A stretch of DNA of 32,025 bases from Dehalococcoidia bacterium (GCA_030740155.1 JASLXV010000105.1:1-32025), one strand, 5' to 3'; counted from the first letter of the stretch, positions 9,290 to 18,720 are shown. Translations and numbers: made by a program. The notes: generated by a model not told the origin, from the sequence alone.

Positions 9290-10432
9290 CTACCGAAGCT
9301 CGGCCATCGTCTCCACCAAGCGGCGGCAGTCGGCAAGGGGGCGGATGCCGATCCGGACGTATTGGGGCAGACCGAAGGAAGCGCAGTCCCGGACAAACAG
9401 GCCGCGGTGCGCCAGCCGGTCACGCCAGCTCGCCGCGTCGCCCACCTGGACCAACAGGAAGTTGGCCGCGGAGGGCGGCACGGTGAATCCCAAGCCGGTC
9501 AGACCGGCCGTCAGGTACTCTTTGGCCTGGGCCACGGCCTGGCACGCTCTGGGGAGATACCCGCCGTCGGCCAGGACCGCCAGGCCGGCCGCCTGGGCCA
9601 TGCCGTTGACACTCCAGTCCGGCTGGAAGGCCGCCAGGCGTCCGGTCACCTCGTCCGACGCCAGACAGAAGCCCAGCCGAAGCCCGGTCAGCGCGTAGTC
9701 CTTGGTCATGGAACGCAGCAGGATGACGTCGCCACGGTCCAGCAGCGCCAGGGAGTCCCAGGGATTTTCGACGAAGGAAAGGTAAGCTTCGTCGAGGACC
9801 AGCAGCCCGCCGGCCCCGGAGGTGGCGTCAGCGAGGACTTCCACCTCCGGCCGTTGAAGAAAGACGCCCGTGGGATTGTTGGGGTTGCACACGAACACCA
9901 GGCTGGGCCGCTCGCGGGTAATGTGCCGTGCCGCCAGGGCCAGGTCCCACCGGAAGCCGGGACGTTCCAGCCCGTCCTGACATGAGGTGCCGGCCCCGGC
10001 CAGACGGCACGCGCCCTCGTACTCACCGTAGGTGGGTGTCAGCAAGAACGCGGTATTGCCGGTACCCGGACGAGGCGGCGAGAGCCAGGCTCGGGCCAGC
10101 AGGTGGATGATCTCGGTGGAGCCGTTGCCAACCAGGATGCGCTCGACCGGCAGGGTTACCCGCCGGGGGCCGGAAAGGTGGCGGGAGAGCGCCTCACGCA
10201 GCTTCAAGCAGCTGGGGTCGGGGTATGCCGCCAGGTCCACGTTGTTTAGCGCGTCCCAAACCCCAGCGGGAGGACCCAGGGGGCTGATGCTGGCGCTGAA
10301 ATCCAGCACCTCGTCCGGCGTCAAGCCCAGGGCCCGAAGCTCGGCGGGTTTGATGCCTCCGTGCACCGGGCGGGCCGGGGCGGCCGGCCGCTCGCCCCTA
10401 CGGGTCGGCTCATATTCGCTAGAAGATTCCAT
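9290..10432 (-). CDS. cobD: L-threonine-O-3-phosphate decarboxylase (class I/II PLP enzyme, HisC-like)
   Basis: VHGG, DFSASISP, CNPNNPTG, LDEAY, RSMTKDYALTGLRLG; overlaps cbiB. Confidence 0.85.
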   Translation of the reverse strand: MESSSEYEPTRRGERPAAPARPVHGGIKPAELRALGLTPDEVLDFSASISPLGPPAGVWDALNNVDLAAYPDPSCLKLREALSRHLSGPRRVTLPVERILVGNGSTEIIHLLARAWLSPPRPGTGNTAFLLTPTYGEYEGACRLAGAGTSCQDGLERPGFRWDLALAARHITRERPSLVFVCNPNNPTGVFLQRPEVEVLADATSGAGGLLVLDEAYLSFVENPWDSLALLDRGDVILLRSMTKDYALTGLRLGFCLASDEVTGRLAAFQPDWSVNGMAQAAGLAVLADGGYLPRACQAVAQAKEYLTAGLTGLGFTVPPSAANFLLVQVGDAASWRDRLAHRGLFVRDCASFGLPQYVRIGIRPLADCRRLVETMAELR

Positions 10433-11366
10433 GTCTCAACAGTGTCAGGCCCAGGGCCACCAGCAGGCCGAGGCCCGCCACCAGGTACATGGACCTAACC
10501 GCCTGGGTAATGTCGTGGACCTCCACCGGGCGAGTGCTGTCGCCAAGCCGGTAATGGCCCACCTTCTCCAGCTGTACGCCCAAGGCCCCGGCCATGCCGC
10601 TCATGGCCCACCCGGCGTTGGGGCTCTCGGTGCGGGAGTGGTCCCGCCACATGATGCGCCAGGCTCCACGCATCCTCTGACCGGGCAGAAACAGGCTGCT
10701 GAGGACCAGAAGCAACCCGGCCAGCCGCGCCGGTATCAAGTTCACCAGGTCGTCAAGGCGGGCTGAGGCTTTTCCAAGGTATTCGTACTCGCCATGGTAA
10801 CCTATCATGCTGTCCAAGGTGTTGATGGCGCGGTAGGCCACGGCGCCCGGCAGTCCGAAAAGGGCGAAGAACAGCCACGGCCCGACGAAGCTGTCCGCCA
10901 TGTTCTCCGACACCGACTCCACGGTGGCCACCGCAGCCTGCTCCGGAGAGAGGCTGGAGGTGTCCCGGCTGACCAGGGAACGCAGGTTGTGACGTGCCTG
11001 GGCGATTTCGCCGCGGGATAGCAGCCCACCCACCTGGCTCGCCGCCCGGTGGAGCATTCTGAGGGAAAAGGTGCTCTTAAGCAAACTCGCCCCCACCAGG
11101 ACGTAGGCCACCTCGTGAAACCCATGGAGGCCTCGGACGGCGAAGTAGGCGGCGGTGGTCCACAGGCCGGCGACCAGGAGGGCCAGCACCGCTCCGGCCA
11201 CGACCGCGGCCGTCCCGTCTCTGGGAGCCAGCCTCTCGGTGAAAGCCACGGTGCGGCCAATCCACACGGTAGGGTGGAACCGGGCGGGCGGCTCTCCCAT
11301 CGCCAGATCCAGGAGCACGGCCAGGGCCAGGACAGTCAGGTTTGGAACAGTGTCCAACACTGTCAA
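10419..11366 (-). CDS. cbiB: Adenosylcobinamide-phosphate synthase CbiB
   Basis: GEPP..HP.VW.G, LVSRDT, ESVSEN, YRAINTLDSMIGY, ARLDD..N.IPARL, SPNAGW. Confidence 0.95.
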   Translation of the reverse strand: MTVLDTVPNLTVLALAVLLDLAMGEPPARFHPTVWIGRTVAFTERLAPRDGTAAVVAGAVLALLVAGLWTTAAYFAVRGLHGFHEVAYVLVGASLLKSTFSLRMLHRAASQVGGLLSRGEIAQARHNLRSLVSRDTSSLSPEQAAVATVESVSENMADSFVGPWLFFALFGLPGAVAYRAINTLDSMIGYHGEYEYLGKASARLDDLVNLIPARLAGLLLVLSSLFLPGQRMRGAWRIMWRDHSRTESPNAGWAMSGMAGALGVQLEKVGHYRLGDSTRPVEVHDITQAVRSMYLVAGLGLLVALGLTLLRHGIF

Positions 11367-11408
11367 AACCCTGATCCGGGCCGCGCCACCGTTACCTTCT
11401 CTCTGCCC

Positions 11409-11723
11409 TCATGTCTGCTCCGGCGCGGCCTTTCTTGACCTCCTCCTCCCTCGCTTCCAACCAAGGACCACCAGGAGTTCTCCGACGGCGGCGTTGCTCA
11501 CGTCGTCCTTCAGAGGCACGTCGGGGTGTATCAGATACGCGTTCTGCCGGCCACTCCGGGACTTGGTAACGTACCCATCCTTTTCCAACTCGTTGATGAT
11601 GCGGTGAGCCGCTCTCTCCGTGATCCCTGCCGCGTCGCCGATCTCACGTGCGGTACCGCCCAGATGCATGGCAATTACGGCGAGGACGCGACCGTGGTTC
11701 GTGATGAAAGACCACTCAGACAT
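11409..11723 (-). CDS. Small winged helix-turn-helix transcriptional regulator
   Basis: W.F.TNH..VL, AREIGDAAGITERAAHRIINELEKDGYV...GRQNAY. Confidence 0.85.
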   Translation of the reverse strand: MSEWSFITNHGRVLAVIAMHLGGTAREIGDAAGITERAAHRIINELEKDGYVTKSRSGRQNAYLIHPDVPLKDDVSNAAVGELLVVLGWKRGRRRSRKAAPEQT

Positions 11724-12028
11724 ACTATAATCCCTTGCTTTTCTGCTTACTTACGTCCGGGGTACTAGTGTACAATAAAGGTAGACTTTTGTATCATGTG
11801 TTGGGAAGGTAGTTTTACATAACAGGCTGCTTATATCCTGTCCGGTGATTCTTCGTTCAGAATACACCATACGGCAAGGGAAGGAAGGTGTGGAAAGACG
11901 GTGCCACCCTCATTCTACCTTCCCGGCAACCTTCCAGGGTAGCAGCAGAACAGACACCGCCCACCCCGCTCCGACGGGCGGAGACGGGGACAAACGGACT
12001 GTTGAGAACCTCCATGGGAGCTGGCTGA

Positions 12029-12895
12029 GTGGTAGCTGAGGGCTTCATTCTGGGCTTGTTCGCGGCGTTTACTTTCGGCATCGCGGACTTCATCGCAACC
12101 ATTGTAGCACGAAGGCTGGGTCTTATCCGGCTGCTGGTGGTGACCCACGTCGCCGCGGTGGTTCTGGCCACCCCCTACCTGGTGTTCAGGGCCGATCTGC
12201 ACGGCATCCCTCTCGCGTATTGGCCGGTATTCGGAGCTGTAAGCCTCCTTGTCCTGGGCACTCTGGTCAGCTTCTACAAAGCGCTCCAGACGGGTCCGGT
12301 GGCCCTGGTGAGTCCCACCGTCTCCGCTCACATAGTAATCGTCATTCTCCTCTCGGTGCTCGTCCTGGGGGAGCAAATAGGCATCTTTCAGATCGTAGGG
12401 GTGGCCGCCGCGGTGGGGGGGGTCATGCTGGCCTCCTTCACCTTAGACCGGTCACACCGTGGCACCAATCGGCCAAACAAAGCCTTGATGTTCGCATTGG
12501 CCGCCGCGGTGGGCGCCGGATTCTTCGTTTTCACCCTCGGCATTCTTTCCCGAGAGGTCGGCTGGTTCCTTGCCATCTACGTAGTGCGCTTGATCGGCCT
12601 GGGCATCGTTCTCGCCGCTCAAAGGGCGGTCCGCAGCCAACCGTGGAAAGAGGTCCCTATCAAGCTGATTCTGGCGGCGGCGCTGGTGGGAGCCCTGCAA
12701 ATCGTTGGTCTCGCAGCATACACCATCGGGGCCCAAATCGGGATGATTTCCGTGGTCGCGACGACTTTTTCAGTCTACCCAATCATCCCGATGGTGGGAG
12801 GACTGGTCCTACTCCGGGAGAAGCTCGCCTCACGACAGGCTGTGGGCCTGGCGTCGGTTCTAACGGGTCTCCTGGTCCTCGGCATGGCCAGCTAA
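12029..12895 (+). CDS. DMT/EamA-family transporter
   Basis: About ten hydrophobic segments in two EamA repeats (FYKALQTGPVALVSP...LGE; LLREKL...G). Confidence 0.88.
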   Translation: MVAEGFILGLFAAFTFGIADFIATIVARRLGLIRLLVVTHVAAVVLATPYLVFRADLHGIPLAYWPVFGAVSLLVLGTLVSFYKALQTGPVALVSPTVSAHIVIVILLSVLVLGEQIGIFQIVGVAAAVGGVMLASFTLDRSHRGTNRPNKALMFALAAAVGAGFFVFTLGILSREVGWFLAIYVVRLIGLGIVLAAQRAVRSQPWKEVPIKLILAAALVGALQIVGLAAYTIGAQIGMISVVATTFSVYPIIPMVGGLVLLREKLASRQAVGLASVLTGLLVLGMAS

Positions 12896-12985
12896 CGAGG
12901 CATCCCGGCCGGTTCCAGCCCAACGGCGCGCCTTAAAGCTGTCCGCCCGATGTTCCCCATCCCACGAATGCCGCTGTCCGTGCGC

Positions 12986-13771
12986 TCACCTCAGCAAATC
13001 CGGCAAGGGCTCGATCCACCCGTGGGGCACCAGGGCAACCGCCGCGATCAGGGCCACGGCCTCGGCCAATTCGTTAATGGCGCCGTAGGTATCACCGGTC
13101 AGCCCACCCAGCATTCCGGCCATATACCGGCCCGTCAGCCAGGCCAACGCCGATACCGCCACCAGCATTCCAGCGCCGCCGAAGGCGCCCAGGATGATAG
13201 CGGAGCCCACCGCCGTCGCCGCGGCCACCACGGCTGCGCCCCTGGCGCCGCCTTGATGAAACGGAGAGCCCAGGCCTTCGCTCCGCACGTAGGGAAAGGC
13301 CCCCAGAGCCAGGACCATAGACCACCGGGACAACATCGGAAACAGCAGCAGCGACACCTGGCGTCCCGGCTCCGGCAGGGTCAAGAGCGAGACCAGGGCC
13401 CCGTACTTCAAGAGAAGCAGGCAGCCAGCGCCGGCTATGCCGAAAGCGCCCACCTTGGAGTCGCGCATGATCTCCAGCCGGCGCTCCCGGCCGAAGCCGC
13501 CGAACAGCCCGTCGCAGGTATCCATCAAACCGTCCAGGTGCAGCCCCCGGGTGACGATCACCAGGGCAACCACCAGCACGGCGGCGGTCAGGTAGACGGG
13601 GAATATTTCCCGGCCCCCCCGCTCCGAGCCCAGCAGAAGCAGGCCGATCAAGAGGCCCACAACCGGGAAGTAAGCCCGGGAGTCGCTGATCTCCTGCTGG
13701 GATGATGGATCCCGGCCCCAGGTAGAGGGAATCACTGTCAGGAAACTGAAGGCTGCCAGCAGCGAGGTCAG
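12986..13771 (-). CDS. cobS: Adenosylcobinamide-GDP ribazoletransferase (cobalamin synthase)
   Basis: GLHLDGLMDTCDG, LEIMRDSKVGAFG, GGLTGDTYGA. The typical N-terminus (LLAAFSFLTVIP) extends to a CTG at 13771; the ORF-track start is GTG 13735. Confidence 0.93.
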   Translation of the reverse strand: MTSLLAAFSFLTVIPSTWGRDPSSQQEISDSRAYFPVVGLLIGLLLLGSERGGREIFPVYLTAAVLVVALVIVTRGLHLDGLMDTCDGLFGGFGRERRLEIMRDSKVGAFGIAGAGCLLLLKYGALVSLLTLPEPGRQVSLLLFPMLSRWSMVLALGAFPYVRSEGLGSPFHQGGARGAAVVAAATAVGSAIILGAFGGAGMLVAVSALAWLTGRYMAGMLGGLTGDTYGAINELAEAVALIAAVALVPHGWIEPLPDLLR

Positions 13772-14865
13772 GACCGGGCCTCTTCGCCGTCGCCGTCATC
13801 GTCAATCCGCTCCGACACCCCGGCTTCACCGAAGGTGGCCATCTCGGCCAAGCACTTGGCGGCGGCTTCGATGATGTGCATCGCCAGGGCCGCGCCCGTG
13901 CCCTCGCCCAGGCGCATTCCCAGGTCCAGCAAGGGGCTCAGTCCCATGGCGTCGAGGCCGACACGGTGGCCGGGCTCCACCGACTGGTGGGAAGCGATGA
14001 AATACTGCCGGGCCTGAGGGGCCATGGACCAGGCGATCAGGGCGGCGGCGCCGGAGATGAAGCCGTCGACCACCACCGGCCGGCGCCCGGCGGCCGTCCC
14101 GAGCATGGCCCCGGCCAAGACCCCGATCTCAAAACCACCGACTTTGCTCAGAACGTCCAGGCCGTCCTTGGGGTCCGGTCGGTTGACTTCAATTGCGCGC
14201 CGCACCACGTCGACCTTGTGCGAAAGGGCCTCGTCGTCCAGGCCGGTCCCCCTCCCGGTGGTGACGCCAGGATCAACGCCGGCGATCACCGCGGTGATGG
14301 CGCTGGACGCGGTGGTGTTGCCGATACCCATGTCGCCGCAGGCGATCAGGTCGGCGCCCTCGGCTCTCTGCTCTCGGGCCGTTTCGATGCCGGTCTCGAT
14401 GCAATGGATGGCTTGCGGTCGAGTCATGGCCGGGCCCACGGCCATGTTGGCCGTCCCCCGGCCGGCCTTCACTGAACGCAGGACCGGATGGGGATCGAGG
14501 TCCGCGGCCACGCCGGCGTCTAGGATAACGATGCTGGCCCCTGCCTGTTTGGCCAGCACGTTGATGGCCGCTCCGCCCCGCAAGAAATTCAGCACCATCT
14601 GAGGCGTGACATCCTGGGGGAAGGCGCTGACTCCCTCGGCCACCACCCCGTGGTCGGCGGCGGCCAGGATGACGGCCTTGCGCAGGATTCGCGGGATCGG
14701 CTGGCCGAAGATTCCGGCCAGGATCACGGATAGTTCCTCCAGGCGTCCCAGGCTTCCCTGAGGCTTGGTCAGCATGTCTTGCCGGGATCGGGCCGCCGCC
14801 ATCGCCTCCTCGTCCAGGGGGATGATCCGGTCCAGGGTCTGGTCGATCAATTCAGAAATAGCCAT
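13768..14865 (-). CDS. cobT: Nicotinate-nucleotide:dimethylbenzimidazole phosphoribosyltransferase
   Basis: LTKPQGSLGRLEEL, AADHGV, GDMGIGNTT, GRGTG, GGFEI, DGFI, MRLGEGTGA; RBS AAGGAG. Confidence 0.97.
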   Translation of the reverse strand: MAISELIDQTLDRIIPLDEEAMAAARSRQDMLTKPQGSLGRLEELSVILAGIFGQPIPRILRKAVILAAADHGVVAEGVSAFPQDVTPQMVLNFLRGGAAINVLAKQAGASIVILDAGVAADLDPHPVLRSVKAGRGTANMAVGPAMTRPQAIHCIETGIETAREQRAEGADLIACGDMGIGNTTASSAITAVIAGVDPGVTTGRGTGLDDEALSHKVDVVRRAIEVNRPDPKDGLDVLSKVGGFEIGVLAGAMLGTAAGRRPVVVDGFISGAAALIAWSMAPQARQYFIASHQSVEPGHRVGLDAMGLSPLLDLGMRLGEGTGAALAMHIIEAAAKCLAEMATFGEAGVSERIDDDGDGEEARS

Positions 14866-14891
14866 TGAGGTGCTCCTTAGCCGTCAGGTCG

Positions 14892-15464
14892 TCAAAACTC
14901 AATGCCCGGTTGGGCCTTGATGCCCTGCTGGTAGGGGTGCTTGACGACGCGCATTTCGGTAACCAGGTCGGCGTAGTCGATCAGGGCCTGGGGAGCGTGC
15001 CGCCCGGTGATGATGACGTGTTGCATCGGAGGCCGCCGCTTCAGCACCTCGATCACCTCCTCCGTCGAGACCCAGCCGTAGTGGAGGGGGTAGGTGAACT
15101 CGTCCAGGATCACCATGTCGTACTCCCCGGAGGAGATCACCTTTTTACATTCTTCCCAATGAGCCTTGGCCAGAGCGGCCGTCTGTTCCAGGTCCTGAGA
15201 GCGCCAGGTGAACCCGTCGCCCATCGCCCGCATCTCCACTCCGATCTTTTTCGCGGCCCTCTGCTCCCCAAAATTGGCGGTCGAGTGTTTGATGAATTGG
15301 AGCATCACGACCTTCGAGTCCCGGCCCCAGGCACGAAACAGGGCGCCCATGGCAGCGGTCGTCTTGCCCTTGCCGTCACCCGTGTTGACGATGACCAGCC
15401 CCTGGTTGATCCTGGGACCTTTTATCGACTGGGGTTTCTCCTGAGCGGCCTCATCGACGCTCAT
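14892..15464 (-). CDS. cobO: Cob(I)yrinic acid a,c-diamide adenosyltransferase (CobO/BtuR)
   Basis: [44 protein letters not shown]; start chosen after RBS GGAGGGTGAGG. Confidence 0.95.
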   Translation of the reverse strand: MSVDEAAQEKPQSIKGPRINQGLVIVNTGDGKGKTTAAMGALFRAWGRDSKVVMLQFIKHSTANFGEQRAAKKIGVEMRAMGDGFTWRSQDLEQTAALAKAHWEECKKVISSGEYDMVILDEFTYPLHYGWVSTEEVIEVLKRRPPMQHVIITGRHAPQALIDYADLVTEMRVVKHPYQQGIKAQPGIEF

Positions 15465-15548
15465 ATTGTCCTCACCCTCCGGTGAATGTTGTCTTTCGAG
15501 CCACCGTATCAAATCGGCGGCGCCCCGAGACCGATTCCTTGACCGGTA

Positions 15549-16925
15549 TCATGTAGCCAGGTCCGACCCTCTGGCACAGGTGTCGACGAAACGGCGGGCC
15601 AGCGAGGGGTCGCTCCCCAGGTGAATATGGACGTAGGAGGCCCACACGCTGCCAACTTGGAAACCGTCGGCCCGGTTGTCCTGGTCCACCACCCGGTAGA
15701 CCGAATGCTCGGGGTCCGGCGGCTGCTCCAGTGTTGACCAGTGAAACTCGTGGGCCCGCACCCGCTGCCCGCGCCGCATCAGCGGGCTGTCGGTGCGCGA
15801 CTCGACCTCCCGGTAGCCCAGGATCTGCCGCCGGCCGGACATAGCGGAGACGGCCGGGATTGCCCCCACCATCGGAAACCGGACGCCGTCCAGGCCGGAA
15901 AGGCTCCGGCCCAGGTACATGAGTCCGCCGCACTCAGCGTATACCGGCACGCCCCGGCCCACCGCGGCTTGGATAGCAGCGTGCATGGGCGCGTTCCCAG
16001 CAAGCTCGGCCGCGAACATCTCGGGGAATCCGCCGCCGATGTAGATGCCGCCGGCGCCGGTGGGCAGCTCGGCGTCTTCCATGGGGCTAAACGGCGCCAA
16101 CTCGGCGCCCCATGCCTCCAGCAGGTCCAGCGAGTCCTGGTAGTAGAAGCTGAAGGCCTTGTCCTTGGCAATTGCGATGCGGGCCCGTTTCGGCTGGGGC
16201 GCCTCCGGGTACACCTGCATTGGGGCTGGCGGCGTTTTCGATGCGGCAGCGAGTTCCACGATACGGTCCAAGTCGAAGGTCTCTTCCACCTGGGCCACGA
16301 GCAGGTCGTACCATTGGCGGGCCACCGTGCCCTCCACCGCCGGTATCAGCCCCAGGTGGCGCTCCGGCTGAACCAACTCATCCCTTTGGGGCAGGTAGCC
16401 CAACACCGGAAGGCCGGTGGTGGCCTCGATCTGAGGTCGGCAGAACTCCAGGTGCCGCGCCCCGCGGACACCGTTGAGGATAACCCCGGCGATGCGCAGG
16501 CCGGGATCGAATTGCTGGTAGCCCAGCACCTCGGCGGCCACGCTGCGGGCGACCTTGCGGGCATCGGCCACCAGAATCACCGGGGCCGCCAGCAGTTTGG
16601 CCAGCTCGGCGGTCGAGCCTTCCTCGGATAGGCTGGCATGACCGTCAAACACCCCCATAACCCCCTCCACCACTGAGATGTGGCACCGGGCGCTGGCCCG
16701 CTGATAAAGCTCCAGGACCGTGGGGTGGGGCAGGAGCCAGGTATCCAGGTTGCGGCTGGGCACACCGCAGGCCGGCGCGTGGTAGGAAGGATCGATGTAG
16801 TCAGGCCCGGCCTTGAAGGGCTGCACTCGATAGCCACGGCGGGTCAGCGCCGCCATGATTCCGGTGGCTACCGTCGTCTTCCCTACGCCACTCCGCACTC
16901 CGGCGATTACGATGGCAGGGGTCAA
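15549..16925 (-). CDS. cbiA: Cobyrinate a,c-diamide synthase (CbiA/CobB)
   Basis: SGVGKTT, FKAGPDYIDP, VEGVMG, ERHLGL, AFSFYY, GGGFPE, YAECGGLMYL, HEFH. Confidence 0.96.
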   Translation of the reverse strand: MTPAIVIAGVRSGVGKTTVATGIMAALTRRGYRVQPFKAGPDYIDPSYHAPACGVPSRNLDTWLLPHPTVLELYQRASARCHISVVEGVMGVFDGHASLSEEGSTAELAKLLAAPVILVADARKVARSVAAEVLGYQQFDPGLRIAGVILNGVRGARHLEFCRPQIEATTGLPVLGYLPQRDELVQPERHLGLIPAVEGTVARQWYDLLVAQVEETFDLDRIVELAAASKTPPAPMQVYPEAPQPKRARIAIAKDKAFSFYYQDSLDLLEAWGAELAPFSPMEDAELPTGAGGIYIGGGFPEMFAAELAGNAPMHAAIQAAVGRGVPVYAECGGLMYLGRSLSGLDGVRFPMVGAIPAVSAMSGRRQILGYREVESRTDSPLMRRGQRVRAHEFHWSTLEQPPDPEHSVYRVVDQDNRADGFQVGSVWASYVHIHLGSDPSLARRFVDTCARGSDLAT

Positions 16926-16946
16926 AGCAAGGTCTCCATCTGCAGG

Positions 16947-16998
16947 CGATCAGCAGTCAGCAGTCAGCGATCAGCTACCGGCTGATGGCTGATGGCTG
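16947..16998. repeat. Heptamer tandem array followed by its inverted counterpart
   Basis: CGATCAG CAGTCAG CAGTCAG CGATCAG CTACCG GCTGATG GCTGATG GCTG. Confidence 0.75.
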
Positions 16999-17178
16999 CG
17001 CTGCGCATTGTTTCCGTTCCGTCCGTCTATTGTACGCCGCCAAGCCTTGCCCCACGCAACGTTGGACGGCCTGGGCAACTCTCCAAAACTGGGCCGAACA
17101 TTTTCTCTCATTTGCTGATTGGCTTACGGCGGTCCCGCTCTCACTTCGATCGGGGCCGTCCCCGGTATGGCATGACAG

Positions 17179-17203
17179 AAAAAGCCCGACTTCACAGCCG
17201 GGC
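17179..17203 (-). terminator. Intrinsic terminator, probable expression platform of the cobalamin riboswitch
   Basis: Minus strand GCCCGGC-TGTGAA-GTCGGGC-TTTTT about 50 nt downstream of the aptamer. Confidence 0.75.
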
Positions 17204-17254
17204 CCAGGCACATAACGACTCGTACCTCCGTCCGCGAAGTGTCTCAAGTCCATC

Positions 17255-17380
17255 CTAAAGCAGGTTCCCTGGCTTCCGGCTTCAACGAGCTTCTCGCCGG
17301 TTACAGTGGCGGGACCGCGCCGGATTTACACCGGCTTCCCCTTTTTGGCCCCGATGAATCGGGGCACCTTCAGGCAATAT
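17255..17380 (-). ncRNA. Cobalamin (AdoCbl) riboswitch
   Basis: Minus strand AGGTG...AAGGGAAGCCGGTGTAAATCCGGCGCGGTCCCGCCACTGTAA...AAGCCAGGGAACCTGC contains the hallmark segments and the B12 box; upstream of cob genes. Confidence 0.95.
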
Positions 17381-17444
17381 TCAATTGTAGTGGGCCACGT
17401 TGTGATTTCCCGTGTCCCAGTCGGCAGAGCAGGAATTGTCCGGT

Positions 17445-17473
17445 ATTGTATGCCGGACGGGTTGGGCCGTCAA
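17445..17473 (-). promoter_or_regulatory. sigma70 promoter driving the riboswitch/cob transcript
   Basis: TTGACG-17 bp-TACAAT. Confidence 0.7.
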
Positions 17474-17541
17474 TGCACCCGGCCGGTTGAAACACCGGCG
17501 CCGTGCCAGAATAGCCTCGCCAGGGCGTTGCCAATCGGCTG

Positions 17542-18375
17542 CTAGCCGGCATTCAGGGTGTAGGTAGCAACCTGCTCGCCAACCCGCTTCTCCTCCTTGA
17601 GCTTCGCCAGGTGAGTCCGCACGTTGCGGGCCGCCGCCTCCCGCAGGTTCCGGCGCAGGTTCCGGGGATAGATCGCGCGCACCAGGTCATCCACCGACTG
17701 GGCGCCGCCATCCAGGGCCGCCAGTATCTGGTCCTCCCGTTGCTGCCGGTGCTGAATGTACCACTGGACGCGCTGGGTGCCGTTGCGGATCACCGGGCCG
17801 TGGCCGGGGCAGATGATGTCCGGGCGCTGGCGGGCCATCAGTTCCAGCGTGGGCATGTACTGCTTGAGGTTGCGGACGGTGGCAGAAGAGTGCCCCAGGA
17901 TGGTGTCTCCGCTGAATAAGACCCGATCGGCCCGGAGAAAGTATGACACATGGTCGTCCTCGTGGCCGGGGGTAAACAGCGCTCTGATGGAGGCGCCGCC
18001 GCCGACGGGGATTTGCTCCCGGGACCGCAATTTCACCACTGAGCCCGATCCCAGGCGCTGAACAAGGCGGTCCTCCAGCTTGGGGTGGCACCTCACCGGG
18101 CAGTCCATGGCCTCTTGCAGCCGGTCCAGGCCGCCTATGTGGTCGCCGTGGCTGTGGGTAATCAGGATTCCCGAAATGCGAGGCCGGCCAAGCTCGGCGT
18201 GGAATTCCAGGATCTGCTTGGTCCAGGAACGGTAGGGCTCCCCGGAGTCGATCATTACCATGTGCTGGCGAGGATCGCCGACGAAATAGATCTGGGTCCC
18301 GCCGGGGTGCATCGCACCGAAGGTATTCTGGTCTTCAACGATGTGGGTGCTGTAGACGTGCTCGGTAATCTGCAT
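17542..18375 (-). CDS. Metallo-beta-lactamase-fold hydrolase (LACTB2-like, C-terminal winged helix)
   Basis: THSHGDHIGG, TPGH..DH, FSGD, PGHG; start set at MQITEH. Confidence 0.9.
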   Translation of the reverse strand: MQITEHVYSTHIVEDQNTFGAMHPGGTQIYFVGDPRQHMVMIDSGEPYRSWTKQILEFHAELGRPRISGILITHSHGDHIGGLDRLQEAMDCPVRCHPKLEDRLVQRLGSGSVVKLRSREQIPVGGGASIRALFTPGHEDDHVSYFLRADRVLFSGDTILGHSSATVRNLKQYMPTLELMARQRPDIICPGHGPVIRNGTQRVQWYIQHRQQREDQILAALDGGAQSVDDLVRAIYPRNLRRNLREAAARNVRTHLAKLKEEKRVGEQVATYTLNAG

Positions 18376-18464
18376 ATGGAACCTCGGACCACCGGGCCGT
18401 CGACATCCTCGGACCGGTGACAAGAATTGCGCCGGCAAATGGCGCCTATGTTCTGGCTACTGGG

Positions 18465-18493
18465 ATGTTAGACGGGGGTGCCGGTTCCGTCAA
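18465..18493 (-). promoter_or_regulatory. sigma70 promoter of the MBL gene
   Basis: TTGACG-17 bp-TAACAT. Confidence 0.6.
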
Positions 18494-18581
18494 TCCCCCG
18501 CGCCGTGGCGGCCCTGTTTAGCCTAGCTCCTGTTGGCGGGGATGGCGGGACACGCCCGAAAAGATTTAACGCCCAGCCGGG

Positions 18582-18610
18582 TTGCCACGGCCTTGGCGCA
18601 TCGATAGAAT
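18582..18610 (+). promoter_or_regulatory. sigma70 promoter, rightward
   Basis: TTGCCA-17 bp-TAGAAT, about 245 nt upstream of the MR/MLE ATG. Confidence 0.6.
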
Positions 18611-18616
18611 TCCCTT

Positions 18617-18720
18617 TGCCAGGGAAGGTTCCCCCCACGAGGACAAGCGGTCGTCACAGAGCAGGGGGCACCGGCTCTAGGTGAACTCGGGGGATGCGAA
18701 GTCACCCCCTCTCTTGTTTC
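18617..18720 (+). ncRNA. Candidate structured leader or sRNA of unrecognised family
   Basis: Starts at the predicted TSS; nested stems, a possible pseudoknot and a terminator-like hairpin (see findings). Confidence 0.35.

Noticed and set aside
9290..10432. Annotation as histidinol-phosphate aminotransferase hisC
   Set aside because: N-terminal HGG, DFSAS motif and overlap with cbiB favour CobD
9290..16925. Claim of complete de novo B12 synthesis
   Set aside because: Only amidation, adenosylation and nucleotide-loop genes are present; no corrin ring genes in the window
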